Shown one piece after another: positions 1 through 6,625 of a DNA stretch of 24,000 nucleotides (positions within the stretch are counted from its first letter, which is position 1; every line of letters begins with the position of its first letter). Below the pieces are notes generated by a model that had not been told where the DNA came from, did no database searches, and saw only the letters and a program-made list of their open reading frames with translations. Position numbers and translations under genes: made by a program. The DNA is from an uncultured Chloroflexia bacterium. GTDB lineage: Bacteria > Chloroflexota > Anaerolineae > Ardenticatenales > Ardenticatenaceae. The DNA lies in the NCBI GenBank assembly GCA_963845765.1, contig CAWJTI010000001.1, positions 395,107 to 419,106 on the forward strand. Direction: 5' to 3'.

Positions 1-1
1 C

Positions 2-304
2 AGCTTCGAGACGACCCTGACCATGCGCTTCATCTTCCTGCCCTACGACCTGGTGAGCTACCTTGCGGGGCTGCTGCGCATTGACTATAAAGCCTTCATC
101 CTCGCAACGATCCTCGGCTCGCTGCCGGGCACCATCAGCTTCGTGCTGGCCGGTGCCTCGGTTCCGGTGGACAGCCTGCTGCAAAACAACTTCCGGCCCA
201 GCCTCAACCCCTGGGCGCTGGCCGCCTCCGTCCTGATCTTCGTCGTCAGCCTCGCCTTCTCGCGCTACCTGAAGGGACGAGCGACGACGGACGACGACCG
301 ATGA
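2..304 (+). CDS. TVP38/TMEM64 (DedA-like, SNARE-associated) membrane protein, C-terminal fragment; 5' end lies outside the window
   Basis: The frame is open from the window edge. The hydrophobic segment LPYDLVSYLAGLLRIDYKAFILATILGSLPGTISFVLAG is typical of this family. The stop TGA at 302-304 lies inside a heptamer array. Confidence 0.75.
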   Translation, partial: SFETTLTMRFIFLPYDLVSYLAGLLRIDYKAFILATILGSLPGTISFVLAGASVPVDSLLQNNFRPSLNPWALAASVLIFVVSLAFSRYLKGRATTDDDR

Positions 305-330
305 CCGACGACCGACGACCGATGACCGCC
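277..330. repeat. Degenerate heptamer tandem array, unit GACGACC/GATGACC (~7 units)
   Basis: Read directly: gacgagc gacgacg gacgacg accgatg accgacg accgacg accgatg accgcc. It encodes the last residues (TTDDDR) and the stop codon of the upstream CDS. Confidence 0.9.
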
Positions 331-345
331 ACACAACAGTAGGCG

Positions 346-372
346 CTTTAGGCGGCCTGCCAAAGTTTTTTT
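346..372 (+). terminator. Rho-independent terminator candidate after the TVP38 gene
   Basis: Stem cttt(a)ggc / gccaaag (7 bp with one bulge), 5-nt loop, followed by T7 at 366-372. Confidence 0.65.
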
Positions 373-403
373 CGAATCTACAACACCCCACTTGTGGCAC
401 GTT

Positions 404-449
404 GTCTGTAATCTGCAATCTGCAACCTGCCATCTGCAATCTGCAATCC
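404..449. repeat. Heptamer tandem array, unit ATCTGCA (~6.5 units)
   Basis: gtctgta atctgca atctgca acctgcc atctgca atctgca atccc, ending about 24 nt upstream of the halogenase ATG. Confidence 0.9.
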
Positions 450-472
450 CACCCACCACCCAAAGGAACCCC

Positions 473-2183
473 ATGTCTCCCTCCCCCAAACCCTACGACG
501 TCGCGATCATCGGGTCGGGCATCAGCGGCTCGACGCTGGGCGCACTCCTGGCACGCCAGGGGCTGCGCGTGGTCATCTTCGAGGGCGGCAGCCACCCCAA
601 GTTTGCGGTCGGTGAGTCCATGATCCTCGAAACTTCCGAAACGCTGCGGGCACTGGCCGAGCTGTTCGAGGTGCCGGAGCTGGCCTACTTCAGCTCGGAA
701 AACTACTTCGACCACATCGGCACCTCGCACGGGGTCAAGCGCCACTTCAGCTACCAACTCCATGAGGCCGGGCACGAGCACGACCCCGCGCACGTGCTCC
801 AGGCGGTCATCCCGAAGCAGCCCCACGGCCACGAGCTGCACCTGTTTCGCCAGGACAGCGACTATTTTTTGACAGCGGTCGCTGTCCAGTACGGGGCTAC
901 GGTGCTGCAAAACACGCTCGTCGCCGACATCGAGCTGCGCGCGGATGGGGTGACGGTCGTGACCAAGCAGGGCGAGCGCTACGACGCGGCCTACGTGGTG
1001 GACGCGGGCGGCTTCCGCTCGCTGCTGGCCGACAAGTTCGGTTGGCGCATGCGTGAGCTGCAAACCCACTCGCGCACGATCTTCACGCACATGGTGGACG
1101 TGCCCTGCTTCAACAGCGTCGCCACCCCGCGCGACGAGTATGGTATCCCCTTCTCGCTTTCCGAGGGCACCCTGCACCACGTCTTCGAGGGGGGCTGGCT
1201 GTGGGTGATCCCCTTCAACAACCATGTGCGCTCCACCAACCCGATGGTGAGCGTCGGGCTGCAACTGGACCCGCGCCTCTACCCCATCGACGAGTCGCTG
1301 ACCCCGGAAGAGGAGTTTTGGCGCTTCATCGAGCGCTTCCCGAGCATCCACGCCCAGCTACGCGACGCCAAGGCGGTGCGCGGCTGGACCCGCACCGGTC
1401 GCTTGCAGTACGGCTCGACCCAGGTGGTGGGCGAGCGCTTCTGCCTGCTGGGCCACGCGGCAGGCTTTATCGACCCGCTCTACTCCAAGGGCTTGTACAC
1501 CACGCTGATGAGCGTGGCGGTGCTCGGCCACCTGCTGCTGGAAGCGCAGCGCACCGGCGACTTTTCCGAGGCGCACTTTGCGCCGCTGGAGCGGATGTCG
1601 CGCGCCTTCAACCGCTCCAACGACCGGCTGGTCGCCAACTCCTTCAAATCCTGGTCGAACCCGAAGCTGTGGGGGGCCTACTCGCTCCTCTGGCTGCTGG
1701 GGGCCTACCTGGAGTATCTCTACCTGCTGAGCGCGCGCGGCCAGGCGCGCGACCGCGCCGACTATTTCCGGCGCGTCAGCGGCTTGAAGCTCGTCGGCGG
1801 CGGCTTCCACGAGTTCGACCAGATTGCCGACCAGGTCGACACGATCGTCGAGGCGGTGGACCCACACGACGAGGCGGCGGTGGACCGCGCGGTGGCCGAA
1901 ATCCGCGCCCTGTACGACGGAGGTTCCCTGGATGCCGCTCGCCTACCAGCAGTTGTTGGCGGGCAAGAACCACCTGCCCGCGCAAAAGTTCCGGCTCAGC
2001 CTGTTCAACAAGGAGACCGGCTTTATGGGGAGCGGCGACTACCGTCGGCACTTTTTCGGCAGGCACAGCATGTCGGAGCTTGCCTTCTTCGTCGTGCGCG
2101 ACACGATTCGCTACTCCACCCTGCGCCTGAAGCTGCAAAAGCGGCTGGACTTTTCGCGCCAGATGGCGGCGGCGCAGCGCTGA
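473..2183 (+). CDS. Flavin-dependent halogenase (tryptophan-halogenase-like superfamily) with an apparent +1 frame break near 1919-1928. The N-terminal ~483 codons run in the frame of 473; the C-terminal ~85 codons run in the frame of ORF 1824..2183.
   Basis: Motifs present: GxGxxG (GSGISG), Lys plus GES box (HPKFAVGES), WxWxIP (GGWLWVIPF) and FxDPxxSxG (FIDPLYSKG). The ATG at 473 is preferred over the TTG at 392, which would read through the ATCTGCA array. After ...EIRALYDGG the 473 frame becomes Arg/Ala/Pro-rich junk up to 2245. The next frame reads a protein-like tail, PWMPLAYQQLLAGKNHLPAQKFRLSLFNKETGF...LKLQKRLDF, and stops at 2183, just before the SD and ATG of the next gene. Confidence 0.8.
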
Positions 2184-2214
2184 CGATGGATGCCACAGAA
2201 AGGACAGATAGCAC

Positions 2215-3672
2215 ATGGCTGATAAAGAATACGACGCAATCGTGATCGGCGCGGGCTCCGGCGGCTTTACCGTCGCCATCGGGCTGACCAACTTTGGCAA
2301 GCGCGTGGCGGTCGTCGAGGCGCGTTGGGTGGGCGGGGATTGCACCAACGTCGGCTGCGTGCCCTCCAAAACCTTGCTGCACCAGGCAGAGTTGTACCAC
2401 GGTGAGGGCAGCACCGAGCCCGCCTTTGCCACGGTGCAGCGCAAGCGCAACGCATTGCGCGAGAAAGAAACCGAGGAGCTTCAGGCGATCCCGAACCTCG
2501 ATCTGATCTTCGGGCACGCCCGCTTTCTGGACCCCAGGCGGCTGGAGGTCGAGCTGGAAAATGGCGGCACGCGGGAAATTCGCGGCAAAAAGATAGTCAT
2601 CGCCACCGGCTCGCGCCCGCTCATGCTCAACATCGAGGGGCTGCCAGCGGAGCGCACCCTGACGAACGAGAGCGTCTTTGACCTGCCCGAAGCGCCCGCC
2701 CACCTGCTGATCGTCGGCTCCGGCCCGGTCGGGGTGGAGATGGCGACGGCGTTCGCGGCGCTGGGCAGCAAGGTCACCCTCGTCTCGCTGAGCGCGCGCG
2801 TGCTCTCCCACACCCCGCCCGAAGCGTCCGAGGCGCTGCACCGCGCGCTGACGGAGCGGGGCATTGACATCCACCTGAACGCGCGCGCCGACGCCTACGA
2901 CGAGGCGAGCCAGACCCTCACGATCAAGCGCGGCGACGAGCGCATCCCAATTCCGGGGGTGGATCAGGTGCTGATCGCGGCGGGGCGCACCCTCAACGTG
3001 GACTCGTTGGGGCTGGAGCGGGCAGGGGTGGATTTTGACCGCAAAAAGGGCATTCCCACCGACAGCTACGCGCAGACCAACGTGCCCCACATCTTCGCCA
3101 TCGGCGATGTGAACCCGACCTCGCACTACACCCACTCCGCCAACGCGCAGGGGCGACGGGCCACGCAGCGCATCGCGTTTCCCTTTTTGCCCGCGTGGAG
3201 CAAGGAGCCGCTGTACCCCAGCGCCATCTACAGCAACCCCGAGGTCGCCACGGTGGGCATGCTGCCGGACGAGATCGCGGAGCGCTACCACCCGCGCCTG
3301 ATCCGGCGCATCCGCGTGGAGATGAGCGCGCTGGATCGCGGCTACACCGACGGGGTGGAGCACGGCTTCGTCATGGTGGATGCGGTGCGCCTCACGGGGC
3401 GCATCCTGGGCGCGACGATCGTCGGACCGCACGCGGCGGACATGATCAGCCTCTTCACCCTCGGGATCACCGAGGGAATTTCCCTTTACAAGCTCTACGG
3501 GATAGTTTACCCCTACCCCAGCTACTCCGAGGGGATCAAAAAGGTGGCCGACGAGTTTATGCGCGCCACGCTGCCCAAGCTCCCAGGCGAGCTGTGGAGC
3601 TACCTGCGCTACCGCTGGGCCTCCCCCACCGGCAAGGGCGCAGAGCAATTTACCGAGATCAAGGTCGGATGA
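2215..3672 (+). CDS. Class-I pyridine nucleotide-disulfide oxidoreductase (dihydrolipoyl dehydrogenase / mercuric-reductase-like flavoprotein)
   Basis: N-terminal FAD fold (AIVIGAGSGG), redox-active CxxxxC (GGDCTNVGCVPSK) and a second dinucleotide fold (LLIVGSGPVGVE). The C-terminal dimerisation motif is VYPYPSYSEG, with Tyr in place of the Lpd/GR His, as in MerA-like proteins. There is no C-terminal Cys-Cys pair. An aaagga SD precedes the ATG. Confidence 0.9.
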   Translation: MADKEYDAIVIGAGSGGFTVAIGLTNFGKRVAVVEARWVGGDCTNVGCVPSKTLLHQAELYHGEGSTEPAFATVQRKRNALREKETEELQAIPNLDLIFGHARFLDPRRLEVELENGGTREIRGKKIVIATGSRPLMLNIEGLPAERTLTNESVFDLPEAPAHLLIVGSGPVGVEMATAFAALGSKVTLVSLSARVLSHTPPEASEALHRALTERGIDIHLNARADAYDEASQTLTIKRGDERIPIPGVDQVLIAAGRTLNVDSLGLERAGVDFDRKKGIPTDSYAQTNVPHIFAIGDVNPTSHYTHSANAQGRRATQRIAFPFLPAWSKEPLYPSAIYSNPEVATVGMLPDEIAERYHPRLIRRIRVEMSALDRGYTDGVEHGFVMVDAVRLTGRILGATIVGPHAADMISLFTLGITEGISLYKLYGIVYPYPSYSEGIKKVADEFMRATLPKLPGELWSYLRYRWASPTGKGAEQFTEIKVG

Positions 3673-3902
3673 GGACGGACGACGAAAGACGGAGAACGAA
3701 TAACCGCCAAGACGCCAAGAGCGCCAAGGCTTATCTCATTTTCTAGACAAGCCTTTTATATTTCAAGCACCGTAGATAAATGAGAACGGTGCGCTTTAAC
3801 CCTCATAAAATTTCCTTGGCGTCCTCCGTGCCCTTGGCGTCATGGCGGTTATCTATATCCGTTATTCGTCATCGGTCGTCGGTCGTCGGTCGTCGGTCGT
3901 CC
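3671..3902. repeat. Large imperfect inverted repeat with an AT-rich ~85-bp core
   Basis: Left arm 3671-3730: gaggacggacgacgaaagacggagaacgaataaccgccaagacgccaagagcgccaaggc. Right arm 3814-3902: ccttggcgtcctccgtgcccttggcgtcatggcggttat...cgttattcgtcatcggtcgtc(ggtcgtc)3c. The arms are reverse complements apart from indels. The outer right end is a perfect (GGTCGTC)4 array. Confidence 0.85.
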
Positions 3903-3972
3903 ACACGCAACCGCGCTATCCCTCGCCGCGTAACGTAGGCGCGCTATGGTCAATCTGCAAAGGAGACGCTGA

Positions 3973-4521
3973 ATGTCTGTTCCAGAAATCAAGGCTCGGG
4001 TAAAGGGGCGCGTGTGGCAGGCGATCGCGCAGAGCGGGGTGGATTTGTCCGCAATCCCGCAGGAGGCGATGGACCGCCTGGTCAACACGGTGGCGGAGGG
4101 GGTGCTGGTCGAGGTGGACGATATGCTGGGCGAGGCGTCGGGCCAGCCCCGCTCGGTGGAAAGCCCCGCGCCGACGAGTGCCGAGGACGGGGAGGAGCGC
4201 GTGCTGTGGACGGGGCGGCCCTTCCTCTCGCTGAATGTGACCTACCAGATCACCTCCGAGCGGGTCCGCATCGTGCGCGGGATGATGGGCAAAGAGCGCG
4301 AGGACATCGAGTTGATCCGCGTTCAGGATATTGACCAGACGCAGTCAGCGGGGGAGCGGCTCCTCAACCTGGGCGACATCCACCTGCGCAGCCACGATCC
4401 GAGCAGCCCGAGCCTGACGCTGCACAACGTGGCCGACCCGCAGCAGGTCCACGAGATTTTGCGACGCGCCGTGCTCAGCGCGCGCAAAAAGTATAACTTG
4501 AACTATCGCGAGATGATGTAG
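3973..4521 (+). CDS. Bacterial PH-domain (bPH_2 / YdbT-like, DUF304) protein
   Basis: The C-terminal half, VLWTGRPFLSLNVTYQITSERVRIVRGMMGKEREDIELIRVQDIDQTQSAGERLLNLGDIHL, matches the bPH_2 pattern. An aaggag SD lies 7 nt upstream of the ATG. Confidence 0.7.
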   Translation: MSVPEIKARVKGRVWQAIAQSGVDLSAIPQEAMDRLVNTVAEGVLVEVDDMLGEASGQPRSVESPAPTSAEDGEERVLWTGRPFLSLNVTYQITSERVRIVRGMMGKEREDIELIRVQDIDQTQSAGERLLNLGDIHLRSHDPSSPSLTLHNVADPQQVHEILRRAVLSARKKYNLNYREMM

Positions 4522-4562
4522 GGTGGGGCGTAGTGAATGGTGAATCGTGAATGGTGAATGGG
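4521..4562. repeat. Heptamer tandem array, unit GTGAATG (4 units), preceded by GGGTGGGGCGTA
   Basis: gggtggggcgt agtgaat ggtgaat cgtgaat ggtgaat ggggttgg, starting directly after the stop codon of the PH-domain gene. The 16-mer at 4525-4540 recurs as a reverse complement at 13069-13084. Confidence 0.9.
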
Positions 4563-4634
4563 GTTGGCGCGGCAGCTAGCTGCGCACCTTTCCCGTTTTG
4601 GATCGGACGTGCGCCATTTGTGGGTCATTCACCC

Positions 4635-4667
4635 AAAAGCCTCCTGCTGGGTAGCAGGAGGCTTTTT
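4635..4667. terminator. Bidirectional rho-independent terminator between convergent genes
   Basis: aaaagcctcctgct-gggt-agcaggaggcttttt: a perfect 10-bp GC-rich stem with an A-tract on the 5' side and a T-tract on the 3' side. Confidence 0.85.
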
Positions 4668-4736
4668 CTGTTGCACGCCCTCGCAGAAAGAACCGCTCAG
4701 CCCCGAGCGAACTGCAAATCTATCTCCTGGCTCGCC

Positions 4737-4765
4737 CCTCTGTGCTCTCTGTGCTCTCTGTGGTG
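4737..4765. repeat. Short tandem repeat, 9-mer CTCTCTGTG (~3 units)
   Basis: cctctgtg ctctctgtg ctctctgtg gtg, read directly. It lies just downstream of the M23 gene stop. Confidence 0.8.
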
Positions 4766-4779
4766 AGCCGGTCGTATCC

Positions 4780-6405
4780 CTACCGACTCAAATAATCGAG
4801 CGGGTTGTAGCGATAGCCGTAGTACATCACCTCGAAGTGCAGGTGGGGACCGGTGGAGCGCCCGGTCGAGCCCATGAGCCCGATCAACTGGCCACGCTCC
4901 ACCCAGGTGCCGACCGGGTAGTACATGCCCGACAGGTGGGCGTAGCGGGTGGACCAGCCATTGTGATGGTCCACCACGATGGAAAAGCCATAGCCCTGAT
5001 CGTTCCACCCCGAAAACACAATCTCGCCCCGCTGCGCGGCGAAGATCGGCGTGCCCATCGCCGCCGCGATGTCGATGCCGCCATGCGTGTAGCCGTACAC
5101 CGTCGTGATCCACCCACCCGTGGGCCAACTCAGGTAGCCCTGGCCGCCGTTGTAGTTGATCTGCGGCGCGGCGGGGGCTGCCGCCTGCACGACCACTGCC
5201 TTGCGCCCGCCCGGCACCATGATGCGCTGCCCCACCTGGAGGAGCGAATCGACGCTTTCCAGATAGTTACCAGGGAACCACGCGATCAGCGCGGGGTCGA
5301 TGCCGCCATAGCGCTGCCCGATGCTTTGGAGCGTATCCCCCGCCTGCACCACGTGCAACACCCCGTCGAGCGGGGGGATGAGCAGCGACTGCTCCAGGCG
5401 CAGCAGTTCCGCCGCGCCATCCAACTCCTCGTTCGCCCACAGGATCGTCGTGGGTTGCAGCCCCAAGCGGGTGGCAAGACCGGCAATCGTATCGTTTTCG
5501 CGCACCACGTAGGGCTCGGGGTCGGTGCGCGCAGGCCAGAGGGCATAGCGACGGTCTTCCGGCAGCGCGACAGGCGGCGCGGCGATGGGCTGCGCGCGGT
5601 CGGGTGCGGCGAACTGCGCGGCGGCATCGGCAGGGAGGGTCAAAAAGCCATCGCCCAGGGTGCTCGTCACAGGATCGAATTCTTGCGGCGGCAACGCCTC
5701 GCGTGCCAGGGTGAGGGGGAGGGTGGGCTGCGCGCGACGCGGGGCCGCGCTCTCCGACGGGCGGCTCAGCGGCACGCGGCTGATGGCGAGGGGGGCCGCC
5801 CGCAGCACAAAGCTCGGCACGTCCGCCTCGGCAGCGGCCACGAGCACGGGGGCCACGTGCGCCCCCTGCTTGCTCGGCACCTCGGCCTGCCAGAGGAGCG
5901 ACGCGCCACGCTGCGGGGTGATCCCCGCGCGGCTCACCCCGAGCAGAAGGAGCGAGACAACGATCAGGGCGGCGGCGATCCCCCTGCCCCGCGTTGCGCG
6001 GGGGGCGGCGGGGGTGGCGCGCAGCCCCCGCACCAACTCATCGGCTAGTTCGGAAAGGTCCTGGCGGGGGTGGCGCAATGAGTGTACCAAACGATCGGAG
6101 GGGTGCCTGCGCGGCGTGGGGGCAGGCACGCTTGGCTCCGGGTGGGCTCTAAAAAAGGCGTGCACCTGCTCGCGCGACCACGCGACCGACTCGTGGATGG
6201 CCCCGCTCGCTTCCAGCCGCGCCGCCTTCTGCGCGCAGCGCAGCGACTCCAGCGGCTCCTCCGCGAGCCAGGAGCGCAGCAGCCAGCCATCAGCGAGGTG
6301 GGGCCACTGCTCGCTTAGGTGCAAAGCCAGAGCCTGGGCCTCGCTACGGCGGCCCGTCTGGATGGCGTGCTGTATCTGGTTGAAGGTGTGGGTAAAGCTG
6401 TCCAT
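4780..6405 (-). CDS. Membrane-anchored LysM-domain M23 family metallopeptidase (peptidoglycan DD-endopeptidase type)
   Basis: The C-terminal M23 core has HGGIDI (HxxxD) and GSTGRSTGPHLHFEV (HxH). Two LysM repeats are present (YVVRENDTIAGLATRLGL..., HVVQAGDTLQSIGQRYG...). There is one TM segment (AALIVVSLLLLGV) and a helical-repeat-like N-terminus. Confidence 0.9.
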   Translation of the reverse strand: MDSFTHTFNQIQHAIQTGRRSEAQALALHLSEQWPHLADGWLLRSWLAEEPLESLRCAQKAARLEASGAIHESVAWSREQVHAFFRAHPEPSVPAPTPRRHPSDRLVHSLRHPRQDLSELADELVRGLRATPAAPRATRGRGIAAALIVVSLLLLGVSRAGITPQRGASLLWQAEVPSKQGAHVAPVLVAAAEADVPSFVLRAAPLAISRVPLSRPSESAAPRRAQPTLPLTLAREALPPQEFDPVTSTLGDGFLTLPADAAAQFAAPDRAQPIAAPPVALPEDRRYALWPARTDPEPYVVRENDTIAGLATRLGLQPTTILWANEELDGAAELLRLEQSLLIPPLDGVLHVVQAGDTLQSIGQRYGGIDPALIAWFPGNYLESVDSLLQVGQRIMVPGGRKAVVVQAAAPAAPQINYNGGQGYLSWPTGGWITTVYGYTHGGIDIAAAMGTPIFAAQRGEIVFSGWNDQGYGFSIVVDHHNGWSTRYAHLSGMYYPVGTWVERGQLIGLMGSTGRSTGPHLHFEVMYYGYRYNPLDYLSR

Positions 6406-6625
6406 GAAGGAGGCACGGGGTAGGTGGCGGATGTGGGGCTATCATCCAACATTCGGGGCGGAAACTCAACTGTCCTTTTCTCCTATCGAGCGGGGCTAAA
6501 AGGGAGAAGGATGGCTCCAACCTTCAGAATACGCCAAAGCCCATGCCTTTTCAAGGATTGTGAAGTGATTGATACATGAGCGCCCGCCCGCGCGGGCGAC
6601 TATGACATATTTGAAATAATGCGAC

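Noticed and set aside
392-472. N-terminal extensions offered by the ORF track: 392, 8497, 10936 (all TTG), 13076 and 21236.
   Set aside because: The extensions read through heptamer arrays or hairpins, or give junk sequence. Internal ATGs with SD sequences and family-typical N-termini are better supported.
1916-1929. Programmed ribosomal frameshift in the halogenase gene.
   Set aside because: There is no X-XXY-YYZ slippery heptamer, no obvious downstream stimulatory structure, and no in-frame stop or rare codon at the site. A mutation or assembly indel is the simpler explanation.
2023-3648. Long antisense ORFs on the opposite strand or in off-frames of well-supported genes: 2023..3648 -, 1201..2130 +, 4558..6048 +, 7496..8422 +, 11640..12461 +, 14308..15153 -, 17362..18624 -, 21017..21961 -, 22685..23392 -, 19618..20463 - and others.
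   Set aside because: Their translations are Arg/Gly/Pro/Ala-rich and low in complexity, with no recognisable motifs. This is the usual stop-codon-poor artefact of high-GC DNA. Each fully overlaps a gene with clear family signatures.
2215-3672. Disulfide oxidoreductase considered as mercuric reductase (merA) or a mercury-resistance locus.
   Set aside because: The protein has a MerA-like Tyr-containing C-terminal motif. It lacks the C-terminal vicinal Cys pair and the NmerA domain, and there are no merR/merT/merP genes nearby.
4021-4028. GCGATCGC (the cyanobacterial HIP1 palindrome), considered as a taxonomic marker given the STRR-like arrays.
   Set aside because: I found only one occurrence by eye in 24 kb. 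This is not the strong over-representation expected for HIP1-bearing cyanobacteria.
6511-6579. 22-codon + strand ORF (MAPTFRIRQSPCLFKDCEVIDT) with a gggaga SD, followed by the GC palindrome cgcccgcgcgggcg (6585-6598), in the spacer between the M23 and ABC genes.
   Set aside because: It is too short to evaluate from sequence alone and has no recognisable family. The palindrome lacks a U-tract on either strand. It could easily be chance within a promoter region.
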